A stretch of 64,000 nucleotides of DNA, taken from positions 96,001 to 160,000 of the forward strand of contig CAWKAR010000045.1 of the NCBI GenBank assembly GCA_963847625.1, written 5' to 3'. A program made the position numbers and the translations under genes. Positions 19,579 to 28,302 of this stretch are shown piece by piece. Source of the stretch: a candidate division FCPU426 bacterium (GTDB lineage: Bacteria > Oederibacteriota > Muellerivitia > Muellerivitales > Muellerivitaceae). Within the stretch, counting starts at the first letter, position 1; each line of letters begins with the position of its first letter. The notes below the pieces were generated by a model, which saw nothing but the letters and a program-made list of their open reading frames with translations, was not told where the DNA came from and made no database searches.

Positions 19579-20226
19579 ATGAATCCTATGGGTAAGGAAT
19601 CGGAATCTTTTTCGGAACTTCAATTGGACGCTCTTCGCGAAATAGGTAATGTGGGGGCCGGTAATGCTGCAACCGCTCTTTCTCAAATGGTGGGGCGACC
19701 CATTGAAATGTCCGTTACTCGTGTGAAGGTTCTTCCCACAGAAGAGATCGCGAAATTCCTGGGCGGAATGGAAAAAAATGTTGCCGCCGTCCATATGCCC
19801 GTTTATGGAGATATTTCCGGCGTTGTCCTTATATTCTTTCCTATTGAAGTATTACCTGGTTTGGCAGTTTCCTTACTTCAAAGGGAAATAACAACGACAA
19901 CCGACCTCATGGAATTGGACCGATCCGCTATCAAAGAATTAGGAAGCATTTTAACTGGTTCTTATTTGAGTGCTTTGTTCCGCTTTGTCCAAGTTCAAAT
20001 GATTCATGGGGTTCCTACCCTTGTTATCGACATGGCCCAAGCAATACTAGATACAGTACTGGTCGACCTGGAGCAAAAAGAGGAAATCGCTATTGTGATT
20101 GAAACAGAGTTTTTGGAGAAAGATCGAAAAATTACCGGTAGTTTCTTTCTATTACCTGAAACCGGCACTTTGAAAAGATTTTTTACCTCATTTTCAAAGT
20201 CAATTGGGTCACTCGGTGATGTATGA
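19579..20226 (+). CDS. cheC: CheY-P phosphatase CheC (copy 1)
   Basis: LDALREIGNVGAGNAATALSQM and SAIKELGSILTGSYLSAL. The second site has S where the ExxN motif has N. Confidence 0.92.
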   Translation: MNPMGKESESFSELQLDALREIGNVGAGNAATALSQMVGRPIEMSVTRVKVLPTEEIAKFLGGMEKNVAAVHMPVYGDISGVVLIFFPIEVLPGLAVSLLQREITTTTDLMELDRSAIKELGSILTGSYLSALFRFVQVQMIHGVPTLVIDMAQAILDTVLVDLEQKEEIAIVIETEFLEKDRKITGSFFLLPETGTLKRFFTSFSKSIGSLGDV

Positions 20227-20704
20227 AACGGATAGGGTGGTTGGAATTGCCGAATATTTAACCGCTCAGAATCCTGACCGACTAGTGGCATATGGTTTAG
20301 GTTCTTGTGTAGGAATAGCATTATATGACCCTAGGCTTAAATTGGGCGGTTTGGCACACGCCATGCTGCCATTGAGTCAGTTTCACCCACAATCCAAGTC
20401 ACGTGGGAAATTTGTCGACACCGCTTTAGAAGAGCTTTTAGGAATAATGAAAAAGGTGGGGGGGCGCCAAAAACGTTTGCAAGCTAAGCTGGTTGGAGGT
20501 GCGAATATGTTTACCTCGATTGTTAGGAATCCCCTTCCTATTGGGCTCCGAAATATCATGGCCGCCAGAGAAATATTAAAAAATTACCAAATTCCCATCG
20601 TTAGCGAGGAGGTGGGAGGGATGCAGGGACGAACGATGTTCTTTTCTCTATCCGATGGAAGAATTCAGATAAGGAAATTAAACCAGGTGGATCAATGGAT
20701 TTGA
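20219..20704 (+). CDS. cheD: Chemoreceptor glutamine deamidase CheD
   Basis: GLGSCVGIALYD, GGLAHAMLP, AKLVGGANMF, IGLRN, EEVGGMQGRT. Confidence 0.93.
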   Translation: MYETDRVVGIAEYLTAQNPDRLVAYGLGSCVGIALYDPRLKLGGLAHAMLPLSQFHPQSKSRGKFVDTALEELLGIMKKVGGRQKRLQAKLVGGANMFTSIVRNPLPIGLRNIMAAREILKNYQIPIVSEEVGGMQGRTMFFSLSDGRIQIRKLNQVDQWI

Positions 20705-20859
20705 CAAAAGTGTTTTGTAATTTAAAAGTTTAAGCTTTAAAAACAATAATATTGATTAAAAAATCAAAAAGAACTTGAATAGAAAATATTTTGATTGATC
20801 GCTTCTTTTTTTTCTGACTTAGATCTGTTTTATATCAACGCAAAGGAGTGAATTGACGG

Positions 20860-21375
20860 ATGGCCACAGAGGTGTCAGAAGTTGTCAATACATCTTCACA
20901 GGAAAGCACTCAAACTCAGCTGGTAGTTTTCGCGCTTTCGAGTTGTTTATTCGGCGCGGGGATTCGACAGGTCCGAGAGATTATCCGTTTGACCGAAATG
21001 ACACTGGTCCCCAAGACACCCGCATTCGTAGAAGGAATCATCCATTTACGGGGAAAGATCATTCCTATCATGGACTTGAAAAAGCGTTTTGGAATGCCAC
21101 TTATAGAATATACCCCTGAAAGCCGAATTCTTATCATGGATTGGCAGGAACAGACGATGGGTCTTTTGGTAGACAAGGTTTTAGAGATTGGGCGCATTGC
21201 TCCCGATACTCTTGTTCCGGTTACTGAACCTATTTTGGATATTAACGAGACTTTTTTTGAGGGGAGGTTGAAGTGGAGGGAGCAAATGGTTTTACTGTTA
21301 AACTTGGAAAAGGTATTTTGGTTTGAAGGCTGGAAAATATTACCGGAATACGAGATGAATTCCCAGGAGGAGTAA
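20860..21375 (+). CDS. cheW: Coupling protein CheW
   Basis: QLVVFAL, VREII, VPKTPAFVEGIIHLRGKIIPIMDLKKRF, GLLVDKV. Confidence 0.92.
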   Translation: MATEVSEVVNTSSQESTQTQLVVFALSSCLFGAGIRQVREIIRLTEMTLVPKTPAFVEGIIHLRGKIIPIMDLKKRFGMPLIEYTPESRILIMDWQEQTMGLLVDKVLEIGRIAPDTLVPVTEPILDINETFFEGRLKWREQMVLLLNLEKVFWFEGWKILPEYEMNSQEE

Positions 21376-21378
21376 CCC

Positions 21379-21741
21379 TTGGCTTATCGAGTTTTATTCG
21401 TCGACGATTCGTCTTTTATGCGCACCATCCTGAAGGGAATTATTTTGAAAGAACCTTTTGTTTTAGCGGGGGAAGCCTCCAATGGCAAGGAAGCATTAGA
21501 AATTTTCAAAAAGGAAAATCCCGATTTGGTAACCATGGACATTGTCATGCCCGAAATGGATGGTATTGAAGCCGTGCGTCAGATCCGAGCCCTTAAACCT
21601 GATGCAAAAATCATCATGGTTAGCGCAATGGGACAACAAAGCATGGTGATTGACGCCATTCAGGCAGGCGCTCGTGATTTTATTATTAAACCCTTTCAAC
21701 CACCCCGTGTCCAAGAAGCTTTGAAGAGAGTGATGGGCTAA
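21379..21741 (+). CDS. cheY: Response regulator CheY (copy 2)
   Basis: VDDSSFMR, PDLVTMDIVMPEMDG, MVSAMGQQ, FIIKPF. TTG start behind AGGAGGAG. Confidence 0.92.
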   Translation: MAYRVLFVDDSSFMRTILKGIILKEPFVLAGEASNGKEALEIFKKENPDLVTMDIVMPEMDGIEAVRQIRALKPDAKIIMVSAMGQQSMVIDAIQAGARDFIIKPFQPPRVQEALKRVMG

Positions 21742-21779
21742 GGTATAAATAAAGATCGGGATATTTCCCAGGAGATTTC

Positions 21780-22880
21780 ATGCCCGCTGAAAAAAATCCC
21801 ACCGTACGGGTTCTGGTGGTGGACGATTCTTTTTTCATCCGGAAAATTCTATCAGAAATTCTCAATGCACCCGGAAACAATATAATCGTTTTAGATACAG
21901 CCCAAGACGGTTTAGAAGCCGTAAAAAAAGCAAAAGATTTAAAGCCGGATGTGATTACTCTTGATATTGAAATGCCCCGCCTGAATGGTATCGCTGCTCT
22001 TGAAAAAATCATGATGGAAAATCCAACTCCCGTGGTCATGCTTTCAAGCCATACGGGGAAGGGCACCGAAGCCACTCTTCGTGCTCTTGAAATCGGCGCT
22101 GTGGATTGCGTCTTAAAACCATCGGCCAAACCTCTTGTGGATTTGCGAAGTATCCAGCAGGAATTAGTGGAAAAAATTAAAATGGCCGCACTTTGCCGCC
22201 CACGTTTTGGTCATTTGAATCTGGGCGGGATGTTGTCCACCGCTTTAGAAACTGCGCCTACAACGGTTTCACAGCCATTTGAAGGGTTGGGAATTTCGGA
22301 ACAACCTGCCCAATTCTTAATTACTGTTGCATCTTCAACCGGCGGTCCCAGGGCTTTAAACGAATTTTTTTCGAAAATTGAGACCAATCCTTTAAACGCT
22401 TTCCTAATCGTCCAGCATATTCCGGTGGGTTTCACCAAAGCATTGGCAAAACGCCTCTGCGAAGTTAGCGCCATGATGATCACGGAGGCGATGGATGAAG
22501 AAATTATATTGGGGGGACATGCTTACGTAGCCCGGGCGGGAAGTCATTTAACCGTGACCGGAAAACCTGGAAATTTCAAGCTGGCCTTGAATGACTTACC
22601 TCCCCGTCTCGGAGTAAAACCTTCCGCGGACATCCTTATGAACTCGGTCGCCAAGGCCGCGGGAATTCGTTGTGCGGGTGTGATTTTGACTGGGATGGGC
22701 CGGGATGGGACCGCCGGGTTGAAGGAAATCCGTTTAGTTGGGGGCAAAACCTTCGCGCAAGACGCGGAAAGCTGTGTTATTTACGGTATGCCCAAATCAG
22801 CAGTGGAATCGGGAGTGGTGGATCGCCAGTTGCCTCTGGACCAATTGGCCCGAGAGTTGAATATTCTGTTCAAGGGGTAA
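21780..22880 (+). CDS. cheB: Chemotaxis methylesterase CheB (REC plus methylesterase)
   Basis: PDVITLDIEMP, ASSTGGP, VQHIP, KPSAD, LTGMGRDG, YGMP. Confidence 0.95.
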   Translation: MPAEKNPTVRVLVVDDSFFIRKILSEILNAPGNNIIVLDTAQDGLEAVKKAKDLKPDVITLDIEMPRLNGIAALEKIMMENPTPVVMLSSHTGKGTEATLRALEIGAVDCVLKPSAKPLVDLRSIQQELVEKIKMAALCRPRFGHLNLGGMLSTALETAPTTVSQPFEGLGISEQPAQFLITVASSTGGPRALNEFFSKIETNPLNAFLIVQHIPVGFTKALAKRLCEVSAMMITEAMDEEIILGGHAYVARAGSHLTVTGKPGNFKLALNDLPPRLGVKPSADILMNSVAKAAGIRCAGVILTGMGRDGTAGLKEIRLVGGKTFAQDAESCVIYGMPKSAVESGVVDRQLPLDQLARELNILFKG

Positions 22881-22949
22881 TAATGGAACCATTAAATTGT
22901 TTTAGGATGAAATGCAACTACTCAGACAATTCTTGACGGGAGTCGGATT

Positions 22950-25034
22950 TTGAACGGAAACGAATACAAGGATGTTTTCCTCAACGAAGCAAGAGAATAC
23001 CTTTCTTCACTGAACAACGCCCTCGTGGTTTTAGAAAAAGATCCCACACAAATTGAACCCATTCGGGAAATATTCCGAGTGGCCCATACAATGAAAAGTA
23101 TGTCCGCTACCATGGGTTATGAACCCATGTCACGTCTTACCCATCAGATGGAATCTGTCATGGAACCAATACGCTCCGGCTCGGGTTTCCTATCATCAAG
23201 GTTAGTGGACAGCCTTTTTTCTTGCCTCGACCAATTGGAAAACTGGATTAAAACGCTAGAAACCCAGGATGAAATCAAGGAAGGAGATTTGGAAAAGAAA
23301 TTAAATATGCTTAAAGAGAATGCCGGGGAGAAAGTCCCGGGGCCCGTTTCAACTCCCGCTGGCGCAGTTTCCCCTGACGAAATATTTCCGTTTCAAATTT
23401 CCGATTCTGAAGAAGAAGTTCTTTCCCAGGCTAGAATGAGCGGATTTTTTGTGTATGAAATTAACGTTGTGCTTGATCCGGAATGTGTATTCAAGGAAGC
23501 CCGGGCTTTTTTAGTGCTCCGAACCGTCAACGAGCTTGGGGAAATTGTAAAATCAAGCATATCTCCGAAAGATTTGGAAAAAGGCCAATTTGATAGGAGA
23601 TTTTGCCTTATCGTGGTATCGGAAAAATCCAAAGAAAGTATTAAGGAAGCTATTTTAGGAATTTCCGAAATTCAACATGTGCGAGTGGAAAATTTCCAAC
23701 AGGGGATAAAAGAAACGGTGGACCCCTTGCCCAATAACGAAGTACAGTTCCCGTCAACCGTTGAACAAAGTGGTTCCGCCCTGACGGAAGAAAAAACATA
23801 TATCCTTTCCACAGTCCGGGTACACACCTCGAAACTCGATAAACTCATGGCTTTAGTGCAGGAATTAATGATTTCAAAAAGCCGATTTGAACAGGTGATT
23901 CGCACGAACGCCATAAAGGAATTGGTTGAACCACTCTCCCGGCTTAATTTCATCACCGATGAGCTCCAGGACGAGATCATGAAAGTCCGTTTAATCCCAG
24001 TAAAACAAATATTCGAACGCTTTCCACGGATGGTTCGTGATTTGGCTAAAACCTTGGACAAGAAAATAAATCTGGAAATAGAAGGCGCCGAGGTGGAACT
24101 AGATCGGACTGTTATTGACGAAATTAGTGAGCCCCTTGTTCACTTGCTTAGAAACGCGGTAGACCATGGCATTGAGCACTCCGATGAACGTGTACGGGAG
24201 AGAAAGGAAGCCTTCGGTACGATTCGTCTCCAGGCAAAACGTGACCGATCCTACGTGATAATTTCCGTTTCTGACGACGGACGGGGAATCGACCCGGAAA
24301 AAATACGCCAAACTTCTGTTGCGAAGGGATTAATATCAGCTGAAGATGCATTGAAATTGACCGACGAGGAGGCCTTGCGCTTGATTGGTCTTCCGGGCTT
24401 TTCCACCGTAGAAAAACCAACGGAAATCTCTGGACGCGGGGTTGGCGTAGAAGTAGTGAAAACCCGGGTCGAAGCGATGGGAGGAAGCTTTCGCATTCTC
24501 AGCCGAAAGGGCCAGGGGACAACGATGATTCTCCGCTTTCCATTAACCTTAGCCATTATTAAAGTCCTGCTTGTTAAATGTGACGAGGAAACATTTGCTA
24601 TTCCCGTCGTAAACGTCGTGGAAACCATTGATTTGATTCCGGCCGAAATCAAAGTGGTACAACAACAGGAAACATTCGTTTTGAGGGACGAAGTCATACC
24701 ACTTTATCAGCTTCATGATTTGTTGGAATTGGAAGGCACCCTTGAAAGAATAAACTTGAATGATTATGAGTCTTTGATTATCGCTGAGGTTGGGGATTCA
24801 AGAATCGGTATTAAGGTTGACCAGATTCTCAGCCAACAGGAAGTGGCTATTAAATCACTCGATAAAGCGCTGAAGGGAATCAGGGGTTTTTCAGGCGCCA
24901 CCATACTGGGTAATGGGGAAATCGCCCTCATATTGGATATTAACGGCTTAGTGGAAGACCTTAAAGATCGGCGGATTCGTGCCGATTCATTTTATCCACG
25001 GAAGGGGATTCACCATGTTACCCAATCTCGATGA
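22950..25034 (+). CDS. cheA: Histidine kinase CheA (HPt-P2-dimerisation-HATPase-CheW)
   Basis: IFRVAHTMKSMSATMG, P2-like region (ARAFLV...GEIVKS), HLLRNAVDHGIE, DDGRGID, SGRGVG, GATILGNG. Confidence 0.96.
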   Translation: MNGNEYKDVFLNEAREYLSSLNNALVVLEKDPTQIEPIREIFRVAHTMKSMSATMGYEPMSRLTHQMESVMEPIRSGSGFLSSRLVDSLFSCLDQLENWIKTLETQDEIKEGDLEKKLNMLKENAGEKVPGPVSTPAGAVSPDEIFPFQISDSEEEVLSQARMSGFFVYEINVVLDPECVFKEARAFLVLRTVNELGEIVKSSISPKDLEKGQFDRRFCLIVVSEKSKESIKEAILGISEIQHVRVENFQQGIKETVDPLPNNEVQFPSTVEQSGSALTEEKTYILSTVRVHTSKLDKLMALVQELMISKSRFEQVIRTNAIKELVEPLSRLNFITDELQDEIMKVRLIPVKQIFERFPRMVRDLAKTLDKKINLEIEGAEVELDRTVIDEISEPLVHLLRNAVDHGIEHSDERVRERKEAFGTIRLQAKRDRSYVIISVSDDGRGIDPEKIRQTSVAKGLISAEDALKLTDEEALRLIGLPGFSTVEKPTEISGRGVGVEVVKTRVEAMGGSFRILSRKGQGTTMILRFPLTLAIIKVLLVKCDEETFAIPVVNVVETIDLIPAEIKVVQQQETFVLRDEVIPLYQLHDLLELEGTLERINLNDYESLIIAEVGDSRIGIKVDQILSQQEVAIKSLDKALKGIRGFSGATILGNGEIALILDINGLVEDLKDRRIRADSFYPRKGIHHVTQSR

Positions 25035-25629
25035 TTTAACCCCTTCCCAGTTGGACGCTTTGAAGGAGGTTGGGAATATAGGTGCTGGGCATGGGGCGAC
25101 AGCTCTTTCTCAACTTTTAAGGAAAAAAATTCTAATAACGGTTCCAAAGGCCAATATTCTCGCCTTTTCAGATGTACCCAAATTAATGGGAGACCCGAAT
25201 ACCTTGGTTGCAGGCTTGGTCTTGAATATTCTTGGGGATGCTACCGGGAAAATACTTTTATTATTCCCAAGGGATTCTGCCCTTCATTTAGCCGATTTAC
25301 TCTTGAAACAACAAGTGGGTACCAGCCAGATCCTAACTGAAATGGGACATTCCGCAATCAAGGAGGCTGGAAATATCCTAACGGGAGCCTATTTGAGCGC
25401 GTTAAATGAATTTTTAGGAATGCTCTTGTTGATTTCCGTGCCTACACTTGTCTTTGACATGGCTGGAGCCCTATTGACCACTATCACCCAGGGAATGGAG
25501 GACGTAACAAAGGTCATTTGTATTGAAACACAATTTATCGATTCCAACGAGGTGGTGGGTGGCTATTTCATTTTGGTTCCAGATGCCACTTCCTTGAGGG
25601 CTATATTTCAGGCTATTAAATTGAGATAA
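25015..25629 (+). CDS. cheC: CheY-P phosphatase CheC (copy 2)
   Basis: LDALKEVGNIGAGHGATALSQL and SAIKEAGNILTGAYLSAL, both ExxN sites intact. ATG at 25015. Confidence 0.92.
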   Translation: MLPNLDDLTPSQLDALKEVGNIGAGHGATALSQLLRKKILITVPKANILAFSDVPKLMGDPNTLVAGLVLNILGDATGKILLLFPRDSALHLADLLLKQQVGTSQILTEMGHSAIKEAGNILTGAYLSALNEFLGMLLLISVPTLVFDMAGALLTTITQGMEDVTKVICIETQFIDSNEVVGGYFILVPDATSLRAIFQAIKLR

Positions 25630-25906
25630 ATTTAGAATAAGTATCAAACTTCTCTTTTATTCAGCCTAATCGTTAATTGTGTACCAGCTGTTCAATTATC
25701 TTGTTCCACATAAGGCGATACTTTATTTTATGTTATTTCGGCTACCAGCGAATAGTCACAAATCTTTTACGTTAAACAACCGGGGTTCTGGGAATTCAAA
25801 TATTATGATAAATGAAAGTATTCATCGTAAAAAGAACAGTGTACTATTTGAAAAAATCTGATCGAATAACCCTGATAATAAAACAATAACGGTTGGGAAG
25901 GACTTT

Positions 25907-27001
25907 ATGATCTCAATTTCTCTCATCGCAGGAAAAATCATTGTTTTTTGTAAACACCCTAAACCCACCAAGACTCAATTAGGTGCCTGCTGCAAGGAAA
26001 TATTAGAAAATTTTAAATTTGATTGCGTTTTCCTCGCGCACTCCACCCTTCCGGAAGGCGAATTGAATAAAGTGGCATTTGAAGGCAAGGAAGAAATTAT
26101 GGAAGCTTGTATTTACCGGTTGGGTGTTGAAGAAAGGTTGGCATTGACAAAGCTTTCGTATAAGACTTATTCGGATATCACCGGAAAACCCGTATTTAAT
26201 AAGTCGGGATCCTTGCGCATCCAAAAACCCAATAGCGGAGTTTACCTGGTTCTGTATCGGCCTAAAAAAGATTTTTTAATATTAGGATGCGCTCATCAAG
26301 AGCCCCGAACCTATGATTCCAAAATGTTGAACGATCTTGCTGATGTTTGGAAAGCCTCCCGTGAAGACTTATGTGAAACAGTCCGTAAAGTTCAGGGATT
26401 GGGAATGGCTTCCGACCAAACGGTGACTACGCCACTCTCCGCACCTCCAGTCCAGCCCAAGCTAGATTTAAAGATACCAGATATCCAAAGGCCAACCCAA
26501 AAGACCGTATCCAATGGAAAACACCGCAAGTCTACCCTTCTTGTGGATGAGGTTACAAAGCTTTTCAACCGTGATTACTTTGAGGATTGCCTGGCAATCG
26601 AGGTGGAGAGGGCAAAACGGTATTCCAGGCATCTAAGTCTTATTTTCTTAAGTGTGTCCCCAATGAACCAATCTGTGCAGAAAGAGGATGAGATTGCGCT
26701 CCAAATCACCGAAATTCTTTCCCGCAGTTTGCGCCGGGTGGACGTGATCTGCAGGCTTGAAAAAAACAAATACGCGCTAATTTTACCGGATACAGCGACC
26801 AACACTTACGGCACAATCGCCAAGAGGATTTTCAAGCATTTCAAAGATGTCATGGGTCCTAACCCGCCCGTTTTTCTCAATGTTAGTGCGTCATCTTATC
26901 CAAAACATGCCGATAACCATCTTTCGTTGTTTCAAAACGCCGAAAATTTATTAATTCAGGCCAAGGAAGTCGGACCCAATAAAGCTGTTCTTCCGGAATA
27001 G
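25907..27001 (+). CDS. Degenerate GGDEF-domain protein (likely catalytically inactive) with an unknown N-terminal domain
   Basis: DEVTKLFNRDYF...EVERAKRY...LRRVDVICRLEKNKYALILPDT: GGDEF replaced by EKNKY, RxxD I-site retained. Confidence 0.8.
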   Translation: MISISLIAGKIIVFCKHPKPTKTQLGACCKEILENFKFDCVFLAHSTLPEGELNKVAFEGKEEIMEACIYRLGVEERLALTKLSYKTYSDITGKPVFNKSGSLRIQKPNSGVYLVLYRPKKDFLILGCAHQEPRTYDSKMLNDLADVWKASREDLCETVRKVQGLGMASDQTVTTPLSAPPVQPKLDLKIPDIQRPTQKTVSNGKHRKSTLLVDEVTKLFNRDYFEDCLAIEVERAKRYSRHLSLIFLSVSPMNQSVQKEDEIALQITEILSRSLRRVDVICRLEKNKYALILPDTATNTYGTIAKRIFKHFKDVMGPNPPVFLNVSASSYPKHADNHLSLFQNAENLLIQAKEVGPNKAVLPE

Positions 27002-27039
27002 GGTAGTCTGCTGATGAAGCCCTCGGAGAAATAACAAAT

Positions 27040-28152
27040 ATGGACAATCGGAAAGTCTTATTGGCCCTTCACTTAACGGGTGTTGTCGGCCCAAGGCGTT
27101 TACATTCTGCCAAGGAATCCTTCGCAAACCTAGAGGATGTTTTTGGGGCCTCCGAGGAGCAACTTGCGTCTCTTCAGGATTGGAACTCTTCATCTGCTCT
27201 GAAAGTACTGCGTTTAAAAAATCCTGGAGATCGAGTGAACCAAGAGTTGGAAGAAGCCGAAACCCATCAGATTAAAGTTGTCGTGGAAGGAGAAGAGGAT
27301 TTCCCGGGAGTTTTTGATGAACTGTACGATCCTCCTTTTGTTTTATGGCGGTTGGGCCAATATTTACCAGGCGATATAAACGCTGTAGCTATGATAGGCT
27401 GCCGGAAACCAAGCCCTTATGGCCGGCATGCTGCTTTATATCTTTCCGAAGGTATCGCGCGTGCCGGTTATACGGTGATTTCCGGGTTGGCCCGAGGGAT
27501 CGATTGCCTTTCGCACTTGGGGGCCTTGAAATATTCCAAGGGAAGAACTGTCGCGTTCTTGGGAAGCGGCCTTTTGAATATTTATCCTCCCGAAAACAGC
27601 AAATTAGCCTTGGAAATCATTGATCGGGGTGCCCTTTTCAGTGAATACCCGTTGCATGCCAAACCGTTAGCACTTCATTTTCCCCAGCGCAACCGTCTCA
27701 TTAGCGGAGCATCCCGGGGTATTTTGGTCGTCGAAGCTAAAAAAGACAGTGGTACTTTCATCACAGTTGACCATGGGATCGACCAGGGGAAACCCGTATT
27801 TGCAGTACCGGGCCCAATAGATCATCCCCAATCGGAAGGAACTCATTCTCTGATTCAACAGGGTGCCAAGCTTGTCACCTGCGTTGAGGATATTTTTCAC
27901 GAATTTCAGGACCGCAGGGCGGAGGCATTATACCGTTCACGAAAATCGAACGAAGCACCCCAGGTTCCTTTGGAAGATCTCACGGACGAAGAGAAATTAG
28001 TTTTGGAAAAACTTTCCCATTCTCCGATCCATGTGGATTCATTAGCGAGGGAGACACAACTTTTGTTACGAAAATTAAATGAACTGCTTTTAATGTTGGA
28101 GATGAAGGGTTTCGTCCAACAAACACCCGGCCATTGCTACTTTAAAATTTAA
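27040..28152 (+). CDS. dprA: DNA-processing protein DprA
   Basis: DPPFVL, SGLARGID, FPQRNRLISG, VVEAKKDSG, FAVPG, LIQQGAKL, C-terminal winged helix (LEMKG). Confidence 0.96.
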   Translation: MDNRKVLLALHLTGVVGPRRLHSAKESFANLEDVFGASEEQLASLQDWNSSSALKVLRLKNPGDRVNQELEEAETHQIKVVVEGEEDFPGVFDELYDPPFVLWRLGQYLPGDINAVAMIGCRKPSPYGRHAALYLSEGIARAGYTVISGLARGIDCLSHLGALKYSKGRTVAFLGSGLLNIYPPENSKLALEIIDRGALFSEYPLHAKPLALHFPQRNRLISGASRGILVVEAKKDSGTFITVDHGIDQGKPVFAVPGPIDHPQSEGTHSLIQQGAKLVTCVEDIFHEFQDRRAEALYRSRKSNEAPQVPLEDLTDEEKLVLEKLSHSPIHVDSLARETQLLLRKLNELLLMLEMKGFVQQTPGHCYFKI

Positions 28153-28212
28153 TGATGAGTTTCAAATTGGTTGAATTTATTATTCCCTCCTGAACACAAT
28201 TCACCCTGAAAC

Positions 28213-28241
28213 TTGACAAAGTGTTGATGCATGCCTATTCT
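28213..28241 (+). promoter_or_regulatory. Sigma70-type promoter upstream of topA
   Basis: TTGACA (28213-28218), 17-bp spacer, TATTCT (28236-28241). Confidence 0.55.
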
Positions 28242-28302
28242 TGCCCTTCAAAGGGAACCTTGAGAAACCCCTCGTTCATAAATATTATTTCAGGAATACT
28301 TT

